A stretch of 64,000 nt of DNA, taken from positions 62,946 through 126,945 of the forward strand of contig JAAOMT010000139.1 of the NCBI GenBank assembly GCA_016748015.1, read 5' to 3'. Origin of the DNA: Geosiphon pyriformis uo1 (Eukaryota > Fungi > Glomeromycota). The notes under the pieces are model-generated. The model saw only the letters and a program-made list of their open reading frames with translations, had not been told where the DNA came from and did not search any database. How positions within the stretch are numbered: position 1 is the stretch's first letter; every line of letters begins with the position of its first letter. Below are positions 26,037 through 39,848 of the stretch, one piece after another. Position numbers and translations under genes: made by a program.

Positions 26037-29000
26037 CCAGTCTAGTCTTGGATGTTAGCTTCTCATCACAGAATCAGGTGGGTAATATAGTAATGGGAAA
26101 GGGCTTGAGTGAGACCATTAATAGTAAGACTGCTGTAGTTTTGGGCATGTCTGTTCCTTCTAAAGTAGTTAGATTGGAAAATATATTGGAAGATCTTTTT
26201 GCCTCAATTCTAAGCTTGTTAGCTTACTTTAATAGTTTGGTTTTGGCTGATAGTATGCTTTTCTAATCCTCTTTTCAATAAGTAGTTTAGTGTAGAAAAT
26301 TTTATATGTAATATTAAAGGAATGAACAAATCTGTTAAGCAAGAGAATATTATTTATTGGCACAAAAAAATAAATAATTTGGTCTTTATTGTCATTGAAA
26401 TAAAATTGAGAGGTAAGATTTGTTCATAAATTGTGAACAAGTTTGATGGTATTTAAGTTTTTATTTATGGTTTGAAATTTGGTCATCTGAACTCTGGTGT
26501 TGTTATTATAATGGACATTAGTTTAACAAAACATGTATCCAAGATTTCAGAGATTGCTGATAAATTACTGTTTATCAAGCTGCTTTTTAAGAATAAGTTA
26601 TCCATTTCAATTTTGAAACTTTACACTAGTGCTGTTCTAGTTGTATATCTGTTTCAAGCTAATAATGTTAACTCTTTAATTGCAAATGCTGTGGGTGAAT
26701 TTTTTTTTGTTATCTTGGATAGAAATTTCAATAAAAATAGTTTGCACAAGTGTGCTAGTTTCAAGAAATTCTTTGATCTGGATTTGGTTAATTTTTTGTC
26801 AGGTAGTTCAGTTGCAAAGAGTTCCATATAGAAAAATTCAAGAAATGCCAAAAAAACTATTAATTATGTATTTGTCTTTTTAAACTTAATTAGTACAATA
26901 ATTAGTTATAATGTGTTGAACATTAGTAACTACTTTGATACTGATTATTAAGCTGTTTTTGTGTCAGTAAATTTGGGAGAATTGCTAGATATGTGGTTAA
27001 ACTCTCTTTGCAAACATATAAATAGAAATTGTTGAAAGTTTAATTTTAAGAGTGTAAATGATATTAAATAGACTGAGTTCAAAAAAGCTTTGGTAGCAAA
27101 TACCACTATGTTTTCTGATGATTTCATAAAGTTTAAAAAGTTTTCAAATTTGGACATGATGTGAAATACTATTTATAAAATAATGTGTCTGTTGGCTAAA
27201 GAGGTTTTAAAAAAAATGGTTCAAAAACTATGACAATATCTTTACTAAAGAGTCATTAAGATTTTACAAGCTGGAACTTTTAGTGTCTAAAATTGTTAGA
27301 ACTTCTTGGCTAGTCTCTTATGATAAGTTTGTATTATTGCTGATTAAATGGAAAAGTCTTAATACTGTTAATGCTTCTGTGATTAAATTTCTTTTTCTTT
27401 TAAGGTCTTATTTTAATGATATTAGATCTGTTTTAGAAAATCTTATCACTTCTCTAAATTGCTGAAATTAGAGCATACTAGGGAATCTCAGATCAGGTTT
27501 GCTATTGATAAAATAATAGAAAATTTTGTAGTAAATAAGAGTTGTACTATTGGAAATATATTGGAGCAGCTCTTTTACAAGATAGTATTAAACCATTTGA
27601 TTGTTAATAATAAGCTAATTCTAAAGCCTGATCTTGTCAAGTCCAAAGTAAATAAAATTATAAAAGACTGGACTCAGAAGTGTAAAGTGGTTACAAATCT
27701 TTCTATTAATTGGTTTTATCAATATTGACCTTTGAATTATATTTTTAATAATGTTTTTTCAAATATAATGTGTTTAATCAATTTTGAAGAGATGTTTGAT
27801 ATAATCTCAGCTCTGCCTAATAAAAAGACTGCCAGTCTTTCTAGCATCTCGAATAAATTGTAAAAGCATTGTGACAAGTCTGTTTTGGATATGTTTTTGG
27901 TGCTTTTGAACTTTTGTTTAATTTATAAGTCAGTGCTTGGTTCTTAAAAAAAGACTTGGGTTTTAATAATTCCCAAACTGTATAAGTGAAAAAGCATTTT
28001 TACAAATATTTGACTTATTGCTTTGATTAAGACAGTTCATAAGATTCTTTCCAAAATTATTTTAGACAAGATCTCTTTGGCTTGTAATACTTTTGATGTT
28101 CTTCATGAGAATAATTTTTCTGTTCTAAAAGATACAATGACACAATTCCCTATTTTTGCTATTGGTTCAGTAATAGAGAATACCTTAAAAAAGAACTGTA
28201 AACTGTGGCTGATTTTGCAGAACATACATAAGACTTATAATTCTGTTAGATAAGAACATCTCAAGAAAAGTTTGATTAGAGTCAAAATATGTAACAGATT
28301 CATTAAATTTTTTGGTAGTATTCACAATGATCAAATTAACAGAGTTATAATTAATTTCAGTTTGACTGATGATTATCAAGTTTATAATAAGTTAGATCAA
28401 AGAGAAATCTTTTTGCCTCTTTTCTGGTGCATATTTTATAATCCACTTTTGTGTAAAATCAAAAAATAGAAAAGAATGTGTAATTATAGGTTGAATTTTC
28501 ATTATGTTGCCAAAACTGGTCAAGCAGAATTTCAGACTGGACTGATTTTTTTTTTTGCTGCTGGTGCTTTTGTTGATGATACAATCTGAATTAATAGTAA
28601 TTAGGCTGCCACACAGCATATTCTCAATATTACTAATAAATTTTTTAGGATTAATAATATTTCTATAAATAATAATAAGACAATAGCTATCTTTATTAAC
28701 TGCAGGATTGCAAACCATTTTTATCTGTCAATGGTATGTCTATTTTTGTTGCCAAAAAAAGGAAATTTCATTACTATCTGGATATTTTTTTATTTTCTGA
28801 GGATTTGTCAAAGCCTAGCTTGGTTAAGGCACATTTGAATGTCCAGTTTTTTGCCAATTTTGTTTTAAGAAAAGTAATTTATAATAAGCAGTTTTTGTAT
28901 CTAGTGTTAACAGTTTTTTATCCTATTATTAACTATCAGACTCAATTCAGTTTTGTTTCTATTGGTGTGTATAATAAATAGAATACTCTAATTTACAAAA

Positions 29001-29766
29001 ACTTAAAGTCTAAATCTGGTCTGTTACTTAATTTTTCCAATGATGCAATATATCATCTCTTTTTATATGATTTAAAAACTTTTAAACAGATTCAGGCAGA
29101 AAACAAGTTGGCTTCTATTGTTTGTTTTGTAAATTCTTTTGGAATTTTGGTCATTTTTTTGTACATAGATTACATAACTTACAAATTCTTAGCTAATATC
29201 TATATTACTCTTTACTTTTTTTGGCTCATATTAATATTAATTTATTAAATAATTTCTTGGCTAGTATAGTCCATATTTTTCTAAAATATGATCTGTTTTT
29301 GAGTAGTCTTATGACCAATGTTTTTTGTTTTCAGAATGGTACTTCTGTATTACTTGTTCTTAATAAACCAATATATTTTAAGTGTATTTCTTTGCTTTGG
29401 CAGTATAGAATTGCTTTTGTGGACCAACATTGCAATCACACTAGTATAGTTTTTAATTGAAAAACATTCAAGAAATAAAAGAAATTAGACCCATGTGGCC
29501 TAGTTCCCAATTGGTTCGAGCTTTTAGTTCATTTTCTTAATGATATGGTCTTTTCTCTTGTTTGTTTTCCTCTTTTAAAAGACATTAGTTTATCAAATAT
29601 TCTTGGTTCTCATAAATTTGGAGTTGTCCATGATGGTTTATTGGGTGTTGATGCCAGTTATCTTTCTGTTTATATGGATAGATCTTTGTGTAGTTTGAAG
29701 ACTGTTAACATAAGGGCTAGTGAAGCTGTTTTTTTTGAGGATATTAATCTTGGTTTAGGTGTTGGT

Positions 29767-30736
29767 TGTTACCAGACAAAATTAAAGATATTGTTTAGCA
29801 TGAAATTACTCTTATAAATCTTATTATTAATTAGCATATATTATCATTTCAAATTATCACTTATTACATTAGCAAAATATCTGAAATTATCATTTAATTA
29901 ATAACCCAATTTGTACATAACACAAATGTAACCTAAGTGCGATGATCAATCATGCAATACCCTAAAATATGTAACATTTAAAAGTTTGCCAAAATTTGTA
30001 GAAATTCACCAAAATAATTGCTAGTTTACCGAAATATCTAATAGTTTGTAGAAATAACTTGTAGTTTGCCGAAATGTATCTTTAGTTCAGCAAAATTGTA
30101 GAAAAGAGCAAAGTTCAAGTTCATGGAATAGTGTTACAACAAGTTGTATAAAAAAAGAGCTTCTCTTTTCAAGAAAATATATCTTACTTTAGATTTATTA
30201 CTTAGAACCATTTCTATATACACAAAAAGAAATAAATATCAAATAATTTGAAAAACCAAATTCTTTAATTATTGCACTTGGAAAATCCCCAAAACCCAAC
30301 TAACGTTTTGAAATTGATTAGCTACCAATTTCAGTAACACTGTTAGTGACTCCAGGCCTGAATAGAAAATGTTTCCCTTAACAGAATTCTATTTCTTTTA
30401 CATTTCTTTTATTTTCTTATTATAATCATTAGGGTAGCTTATAGACGAGATTCCTGTAGAAGAGTTGACTTTCACAGCAAAGTAACTACACATTTTTAGT
30501 GAGCTTTCAGATGAGCAATTCCTAGGAAAGAGTTGATGTTTACTACAATGTAACTACACAAAGCAACTGGCACAGAATTGGCCATTCTACTTATAAGCCT
30601 AGCAGTTCAAATTATAGGAGATAATTTGAAGATAAAATTCAGTTATTGGAGGTTCAAACACTTCCCATAGTTATGAATTAACAGCATTACAACAAACATA
30701 CAAGAGCTAAGAAGAAACCAAAAACATCCAGTAACA
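29767..30736 (+). repeat. 5' LTR of element C
   Basis: TGTTACC..GTAACA; TATAAA after the U3 repeats. Confidence 0.93.
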
Positions 30737-30782
30737 TTTGGTGCTCTTCCACGGAAATAACACAGTAACAACAACTTCAAAA

Positions 30783-33700
30783 GTGGTGACTCAAACAAAT
30801 TCAAGAACTCTAGAGTATTATCAGTCAATCTACACCCACTGCAAGCAGAGATTTGACATCCCAAACAAAATTGAAACATTCAAGAAAACACTTTACCAGT
30901 ACATTAAAAATCACATCAACAATTATCTTTTTGGAGACTACAACATTTCAGAAGTTAGACTCAACTTATATGAAAACTTAGTACATCACTCTCGTCTAAA
31001 CACTCAGGATTTTAACAGTCAAACACTTGAAACATATTTCCAAGAACTCAACTTCAATATCATTCAGTATTGTAAAGAGAATTACCCAGTAGAACAGAAA
31101 TTTTCTCTTAGTTTTGAATCAGAAACAGAAGAAAGAAAAAAAAAAGGAAACAAAAACTCAGAACTACTCCCAATACATCTAAAACCACTGCCAAACATTT
31201 ACAAACTCCAGAACCAGGAACCAGCTTTAAATTACCATTCTCAATCACACTATTTCCAGCTTTACTTGCTCAACTGCAAACACCAAGCTCACCACTTATT
31301 CAGTTTTCAAGAATAGAAGATTTTCAGTCATCCAAAAGCCCTATTCAACAACAGGAACCAATATTAACCAGCACAAACCTTATTAACTACTTAGCAGAAA
31401 ATTGAAGTGAAGAGACCAAATTAGAACAAGAAACAGAAGACTCAGAAAATAAAGAAGAAATGGCTTCCACATATATCGCAAAAATCTCTGAGTTCACAGG
31501 AAAAAACAGTGAAACCAGTTCTCAAGAATGGCTTGACAAAGTCTCAAAAGCAGGAAATGCAAATGGTTGGAATGCTGTCAGAATGTTAAAAGCAATTCTA
31601 TACTTCTTATAAGGAACAGCCAGTGAATGGTTTAAAAACTTGGAAGCCCCACTAGAAGACTGGGAAGCATTCAAAACTGCTTTTCTAAAACAGTTTACTG
31701 ACAATAACACTTCCATTACCCTTCAAAATCGGTTCCAAAATATCAAGCAAGAACTAAGTAAATCAGTTATAACCTATTTTGGAAAATTCAACAAACTGCT
31801 TAGAAGGATTCACCAATTGGAAACAAATAAATACTACTCCAATGCACAAATCTTGGATCAATTCATTGCTGGACTAAAAGACAAACTTATTAAGAAAGTT
31901 TGCCCACATACACCAAAAGATTTAGCCACTGCTATTTAACAGGCAAAAAACTATGAAATGGCCATGGAAAAAGCCAACCATATCAAACTTGTTAACCTGG
32001 CTATTGGAGAAACCAGCTCAGCAGCTAAAGAAAAGATTGACCAATTAACCAAGAAAGTTGAAAACTACTTCACCAACTAACAGCAACAACAACAGCTGCA
32101 GCAATCACAACAACCACAAAAATACCAACCCCCACAATGATACAATCAAAACAACTTTGGACCACCATCCAACAACCAAATCCAAAATTGCCATTACTGT
32201 GAAATCTCTGGCCACTGGAAAAAAGATTGCAGAAAGCTACAACAAGACCAACAAAATAGGAGTAATTAACGTTACCCTCTACCACAGCAATCTTATTATC
32301 AACTACCACTACCAGTTTACTATCCACCAAGACCCCAATACCAAAATAACTATTATCAGCCCATCTTACAGCCAATCCAACAGCAATACCAACAATCACC
32401 CACACAATATTATCAAGTACCTATTCGAAAATTGATTACACAAAATCAATTCACATCACAAAACCGATACCAAGTAAACAACAATAGAATCAATTCGAAT
32501 AACCAATTGGTTCCCTAAAATTCTACTCAACCAAGACCCAACCACTATCACACTCAACCCAGTTATTTAACAATGCCAGAAGAACAGAATTTTCACTATA
32601 CTGCACTCTCGGAAGGTAAAGCTGCAGCACAACAACAAAATTTTTTTCATAACCACATCATTATTCCACCAGCTAAAATTGCTGAAAATGCCAATCTCTC
32701 TGATATCTTTCCTTTCGAGTTCAAAGCCAATGAATCACTATTTCTACTTAGCAATGCTGCTGCAAATGAACAGAAAGCAATCACAGCTATGTATACTGAA
32801 GCTGAAGTTGAAGAAAAAACAATTCGCTTAATCTTAAACAGTGGATCTACTGGAAGTATTATTACTTACCAGTTGATACAACAGTTAAAAAGAAATGTTG
32901 ACTGACCAGCTTAAACAGTAATTGTCACTGCTGATGGCATGAAAAAGACTCCAGTGAGAAAAATTGACAATTTTCCATTCACTCTTGATGGAATCACCAT
33001 TCCAGTCAAAGTTCTTGTAATGGATGCTCCTTAGTATTAAGCCCTTGTCGGAAATGACTGGCTTCAAAAAGCCAATGTGAAATTAGACTGGGAAACCCAA
33101 AAACTACAAATCTCTTATCAAGGACAACATGTTCAAGTACCTGCCACTTGTGGTACATTCAACAAATGCTCCAAAAAAACCCCAGCTTTTGAATTTGAAC
33201 CAGAAGAAGAAAAACCAATAATCGAAACATTCATGGCTCTTGGGTCAATGTCCAATTGGGCTGATGAAACTGAACAAGAACATTTTACCCCACACTCTGA
33301 ACTCAAAACCCCTGGATGGAATACCCTTTACTCAAAGACTGAGCCAAGAAAACAACACCCCTACATTCATCTTAAATATAAGGACTGCTACAAGAAACTA
33401 TCGTCAATAGGAGCTTGTATTTCACCTAAGAAAGAATATAAAAGTCATACCTGTTACTATTGCAAGGCCTGCCATCAAGAATGATGGAGCCACTTGATTA
33501 AAAGAAGCAGAAAATAGGATAGAACACTCTGTCTTACTTGTGGAAAGCAGCTTTCCGATAAATGTGACTGGATTGATGTTGCATTTAAAGGAGGAGTTTA
33601 CAATCAAACTTGTTAATATGCTTTTTTTATTGCAGAAAAAGTAAAACGTGGAACACCTTTCAATGTCACATACAACAGTGCCTTCAGCAAACTCTATCAC

Positions 33701-36370
33701 TACCCCCATGATGCTGAAATGATCTATGAACTTGCCATGGTTTTAATTAACAGAGGAACCAAAGAAGATGTCCTTCAAATAAAAAAAGCTGAATATATTA
33801 AATATACATTGGAATTAGCTGGATTCAATTATGAAGATGAAGTAAAAGTATACCACCAAATCACAAGTTACACCTACTCAATCCAAGAAGCTCAAATTCA
33901 ATGATTAGAGCAAATAAACATTAAATTATATAAGGAATGTATAATGCCATGCAATAAACAATAGTGTCCTGAATGCTATGCTCTTAGCATTCCATTGCTC
34001 AGCAAAAGCGATAAATACGAAATTGAATTCGGAGAACCTGAAGCAACAGAAAAAATTGAAACAACACCTATTTACCTCATTGAAAATCAGCCTGCTTTAC
34101 AACTCAAATACTTCAACAACAATGGACAAGGAATAAAACCGGAAAAAACACATGAAATTGATGCTGGATACAATCTACGATATCTAGAAAAAAACACTTT
34201 GGTTTTTCAACCAAATTCTCTTATCAAAATCAACTTCAAAATTGCCTTCGAAATTCCACCAGAAGCAATGATCCAAATCGCTTCACGATCATCATTGGCA
34301 AGCAAAGGAATCAATGTTAAAGGAGGAATTATAGATGCTGGATATACAGGAGACATTACAATCATGTTACAAAATGAAACCGATAAACTTTTTCAGATTG
34401 AACATGCTGAAAAAATTGCTCAAGCTATTTATTTACCCTTAATCAACATTTCAGGTTTACAATTAGTCAGTCAAAGAGAACAATTGGGAAAAAGTGGAAG
34501 AGGAACCAATGGTTTTGGTTCAACTGGACAATTCACAGTTCCAGTAAACATAGCTCTTAATGAACAAAGTAAATCTCACCAGATTCTACAACTTCCACAA
34601 CCAATTACTATTTCACCTTTTGGAGAACACCCTGAAATTTACACTTGTGAAAAGCCAACAACCACACAACAAATTTTTGAGTCCAATGAACGAATCTGCT
34701 TGGAACATAATATCTCAATCCCAAATATTTACATTCTAGAAGGAACAAAGAAAGTCCAAGTTACTTTTTACAACCCCAATAATTACCCCATAGTTTTATT
34801 AAATAACTTAAAAATTAGAGTTATTCACAGTAATATCTTTCAACAAAAATTACCCCAAACAGTCCCCAATTTCTCTGAAATTATTGGACATTCATTACCA
34901 AAAATCAACCCAAACCCCAGCTTTGAAAACTACCATGTTGTTATGGAAAAACTATCTTGAATCAACATAAAACAACTTGAACCACAACAACAGAGCCAGC
35001 TCAAAGAGCTAATTGTAGAATTTGCCAATATCTTTGCTGAAAACAACAATGACTTAGCAAGAACTGATTTGGTTCAACACCAAATCTATACAGGAGATGC
35101 CAAACCAAGGTGACAGCAAGCCTACCAAGTTGCTCTAGAAAGTCACCAATTTATCCGTGAAGAAGTACAATGGATGCTCAACAATAGGCTTATTCAACCA
35201 TCAATAAGTCTATAGGTCTCACCTATGGTCTTAGTTAAAAAGAAAAATAGAAAGATATGATTTTGTGTTGATTATTGACAACTCAACAGTATCACCATTG
35301 GAGATGCCTATCCCCTTCCCTGAATTGATAATATGTTGGATGTCCTTAGAAAATCCAAATACTTTTTAACATTAGATTTAGAGAATAGATATTGGCAAGT
35401 TGCTATGGATCCCGAAGATTGTCCCAAAACAGCATTCACCACTCAAGGAGAAAATTATGAGTTCAACGTAATGCCTTTCAGATTATACAATACACCAGCA
35501 ACATTCCAAAGACTCATGGATGTTGTTTACAAAGGTCTTCTTTGGAAATCAGTAGTTGTCTATCTCGATGATACTGATGTTTATTCACCATTTTTTGAGT
35601 TACACTTAAAACACTTGCAAGAAGTTTTTCAACGATTACAGAAAGCAGGATTGAAACTGAACATCAAAAAATGCTACTTCGGAAAAACAAGTTTGGCCTT
35701 TCTTAATTACATTGTTAGCAAAGATGGAATTAAACCAGATCCTGGAAAAATCAGCACTGTTAAAAACTTCAAGACCCCATGAAATACCACAAAATTAAGA
35801 GAATTTATTGGATTAACATCCTATTACCAAAAATTCATCAAAGGATTCTCAGAAATCGCAAAACCCCTCAACCAGCTCACTACTAAAAATGTCGAATATA
35901 AATGAACGGAAGAACACCAAAAAGCTTTTGAAATTCTCAAGGAAAAGCTGACAACAGCTCCAATTCTTGCCTATCCAGACTTCAGTAACCAATTTCAACT
36001 AGCTACAGACACTTTTTACACTGCCTTTGGTGCCATCTTATCACAATTAGATGACAACAGAAATGAGCAAATAATTGCTTATGCTAGCAGAACATTAAAA
36101 CCAGCTGAGAAAAACTACCCTGCCACAGAACTAGAAACAGCAGCCATAATTTGGGCCCTATATCACTTCAACCTTTATCTCAGGCCTAAAAAATTTGACA
36201 TTATCACTGATAATATTGGACTCAAATAGCTTCAAAACAAAAACACTCAGCTGAATGCCAAACAAACCTGATAGACAGGATTTTTAGCTAACTACTAATA
36301 CATTGTACATCACAAACCAAGAAAACTTCATACCAATGTTGATTGTCTCTCAAGAATGAGACAAGATTAG
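30783..36370 (+). pseudogene. Gag-PR-Cys-rich-dUTPase-RT-RNaseH polyprotein of element C
   Basis: ORF fragments from 31640 to 35333 are all in one frame; YLDD at 35561; ends RMRQD*. Confidence 0.92.
34105..34530 (+). CDS. dut: dUTPase domain within Pol (best-preserved copy)
   Basis: Five motifs in order: AGY(N)L, SRSSL, GIIDAGYTG, KIAQAI, RGTNGFGSTG. Confidence 0.93.
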
Positions 36371-36416
36371 AACATAAAACCAACACCCATTTGAATTAAC
36401 AACAAGACAACAAACA

Positions 36417-37802
36417 ATGAACCCCGAAAACTACAACAATCTTAAACAATATTTGGAGACATTAACAATTCCAACAGATTGGTCTGCAGATAAAAAACAC
36501 CAATTACAATAACAAGCCAAACAATACCTCTTACACAACAACATGATTTATTATTGAAACTTCAGAAACCCAGACAATTCACTCAGATTAATACAAGAAC
36601 ATAAAAAAGAAACTATTTTATATAACATACATTCAGATCCTTCATCAGCACACTTAGGAAAAAACAGCACCACCCAGAGAACACTAGAATATTACTTTTG
36701 GCCTTGAATGAGAAAAAACATTCATGAATACATTAAGTCTTGTGATAGTTGTCAAAGAAGAGAAAGAATTCACCCTACAGAACCTTTAAACCCAATTAAA
36801 GTTGGACAGCCTTTTGACTGAATTGGTATCAATTTAGTCGGACCACTACCTATTACAAACCAAGGAAACTGTTATATTGTAGTAGCTGTAGACTATCTCA
36901 CCAAATGGCCTGAAGCCAGAGCCATTCAACAAGCAAATACAAAATCAGTAGCAAATTTCATCTATGAAAACATCATTTGTAGACATAGATGCCCAATAGA
37001 ACTTTTATCTAATCAAAGAACACATTTTGTGAACAATTTAATCCAAGAAATTTATGAACAATTTAATGTCAAGAGACCATTATCTTTGCCCTACTATCCA
37101 CAAACAAATAGACTTGTAGAATATTTCAACAGAATATTGTGTGAATTATTAGCCAAAGTTTTAACCAATTTTGAGCAAGAATGGGATCTCTTTATTCCGT
37201 TAGTGTTACTAGCATATAGAACACTAAAACATGACACCACAAAAAACACACTATTTGACTTAACCTATGGAAGAACAGCAATGTTACCAATTAATTTTAC
37301 TGTGGAACCATACCCAGTATAGCCAATTAATAAAGAAAACTTTTAGGAAACACTTCGACGAAGAGCCTACAATCTTCTTAGCATATTGAAAGGAAAATGA
37401 CAAATAGCAGCCACCCATATTGAACACTCCCAAGCTTAACAAAAAGAATGGCATGACAACAAATTGCCACCAGTCACCAATAAATTTAAAATTGGAAACA
37501 AAATTCTCTTACACAGAACTAAAGCTGAAAAACAATGGAGTGGGAAATTTGAAAATAAATGAGATGGACCATTTTTTATCCATGAAGTTCTAGACAATAG
37601 ATCATATAAGCTAAGACTTGATGACAAAATCCTAGCAAAAGTTGCACATGGAGATCATTTAAAACACTATAATTCCAGAAACAATCCTAAACCATTAATT
37701 CCACAAATTAGTACACATTCCCTTTTAATTAATCCTGAAGATATTTCCCGAAATTTAGAACCAATAGTTGTCATTGAACAACCTTCCAACTTGAACACTT
37801 AA
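36417..37802 (+). pseudogene. Integrase of element C (separate ORF)
   Basis: Starts MNPENY; HSDPSSAH..CDSC; DDE core; GPF-like C-terminus. Confidence 0.9.
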
Positions 37803-37923
37803 CTTAAATTTATTATTATAGTTATCTCCTTATAATTTAGAAACAATCTCACAAAAACAAAGCAAAAATAACATAAAAACCCATACACCAAAAATAATTT
37901 TCTTTTATTTCAAATTGCTTATA

Positions 37924-38643
37924 ATGATTATTTCTCAAAACATTTAACAATTATCCTAAAAACTAATGTTAGCTTTAAAAACAATACCCAAATTATTCAT
38001 TACTGTTACTGGAAACTACATTAATTATACCTAAACAGAAGTAGTTACAAATTTAGCCCCAAATTCATGAAAATATTACCCATATAAGAAGAATACAAGA
38101 AGTTATTCTGAAATTCACCTGCCAGAACTTTTAAAGCTTGCTTTAAGAGAAAACTTAATGTTCATTCCTATTAGTATTCTACCAAATACTACTATTTAAC
38201 AAAAACTTCAACTGTGTCTTAATAAAGAAAACTACGACTATATTCTAATATATAGATATTTCTATATTGGAAAAACACTTCACGAACAAAAATGGGAGCT
38301 TACAGCAGTAAACTTCACAAAAGAAGCTATTTAAAAACAACTCCACAATGAATTCAAGACAACAGCTGGACCTACAAACAGTCATTATAAACTAAGAGCT
38401 GCTTTTAGACTTTATGACCTATTCCACACCTGTGAAAATGTCCTATAAAACCCAATTTTACAGCCTTTGAAGATTCAATACATTGGAAAGCTCACAGAAC
38501 TGAAATTTCAACAATTTTCAGACCAAATTTCTTCAATAATTTTGGATTATTATCTGGAAATTACAGACAGTACTTGGACTTTGATGGAGCTCAGTCTTAA
38601 GGAGGAGGTTATATTACCAGACAAAATTAGAGATATTGTTTAG
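37924..38643 (+). pseudogene. Accessory ORF3 of element C
   Basis: 720 bp, colinear with ORF3 of E; CAA>TAA-type stops. Confidence 0.8.
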
Positions 38644-38701
38644 CATAAAATTACCCTTATAAATCTTATCATTAATTAGCATATATTATCATTTCAAATT
38701 A

Positions 38702-38721
38702 NNNNNNNNNNNNNNNNNNNN
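38702..38721. other. Assembly gap (20 N) with a 234-bp contig overlap (38468-38701 = 38722-38955)
   Basis: N run flanked by identical sequence. Confidence 0.95.
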
Positions 38722-38865
38722 TGAAGATTCAATACATTGGAAAGCTCACAGAACTGAAATTTCAACAATTTTCAGACCAAATTTCTTCAATAATTTTGGA
38801 TTATTATCTGGAAATTACAGACAGTACTTGGACTTTGATGGAGCTCAGTCTTAAGGAGGAGGTTA

Positions 38866-39848
38866 TATTACCAGACAAAATTAGAGATATTGTTTAGCAT
38901 AAAATTACCCTTATAAATCTTATCATTAATTAGCATATATTATCATTTCAAATTATTACTTATTACATTAACAAAATGTCCAAAATTATCATTTAATTAA
39001 TAATCTAATTTGTACATAACACAAATGTAACCTAAGTGTGATAATTAATCATGCAATATCCCGAAATATGTAACATTCAAAAGTTCACCAAAATTTGTAG
39101 AAATTTGCTGAAATAATTGATAGTTTACTGAAATATCTAATAGTTTGCAGAAATAACTTGTAGTTTGCTAAAATATATCTTTAGTTCAGCGAAATTATAG
39201 AAAAGAGCAAAGTTCAAGTTCATGGAATAGTGTTACAACAAGTTGTATAAAAAAAAGCTTCTCTCTTCAAAAAAATATATCTTACTTTAGATTTATTACT
39301 TAGAACCATTTCTACACACACAAAAAGAAATAAATATTAAATAATTCGAAAAACCAAATTCTTTAATTATTGTACTTGGAAAATTCCCAAAACCCAACTA
39401 ACATTTTGAAATTGATTAGCTACCAATTTCAGTAAAACTGTTAGTGACTCCAGGCCTGAATAGAAAACATTTCCTTTAACAGAATTCTATTTCTTTTATA
39501 TTTTTTTTATTTTTTTTCTTTTATTTTCTTATTATAATCAATAGAGTAGCCTACAGACGAGATTCCTGTAGAAGAGTTGACTTTTACACCAAAGTAACTA
39601 CACATTTTTAGTGAACTTTCAGATAAACAATTCCTGGGAAAGAGTTGATGTTTACTACAACATAACTACATAAAGCAACTGGCACGGAATTGGCCATTCC
39701 ACTTATAAGTCCAGCAGTTCAAATTATAGGAGATAATTTGAAGATAAAATTCAGTTATTGGAGGTTCAAACACTTCCCATAGTCATGAATTAACAGCATT
39801 ACAACAAACATACAAGAGCTAAAAAGAGACCAAAAACATCTGGTAACA
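38866..39848 (+). repeat. 3' LTR of element C
   Basis: Repeat of 29767-30736. Confidence 0.92.

Larger units (their letters stand above)
2518..26266 (+). pseudogene. LINE ORF1 (RRM-like region plus CCHC knuckle), interrupted by elements A and B
   Basis: ORF 2736-3260 is homologous to ORFs 44166-44558 and 62125-62523; decayed C-x2-C-x4-H-x4-C at ~13449-13490; ends with ORF 26048-26266. Confidence 0.7.
29767..39848 (+). mobile_element. Ty3/Gypsy LTR retrotransposon C (family 1), full length, spans an assembly gap
   Basis: LTRs 29767-30736 and 38866-39848; PBS at 30739; PPT GGAGGAGG; TSD not clean. Confidence 0.93.

Noticed and set aside
29757-29766. TSD for element C
   Set aside because: Left TGGT does not match right GTGT; an offset GTGTT repeat exists but the boundary is ambiguous
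38468-38955. Apparent tandem duplication of the ORF3 end, PPT and LTR start
   Set aside because: Identical copies flank a 20-N gap, so this is an unmerged contig overlap
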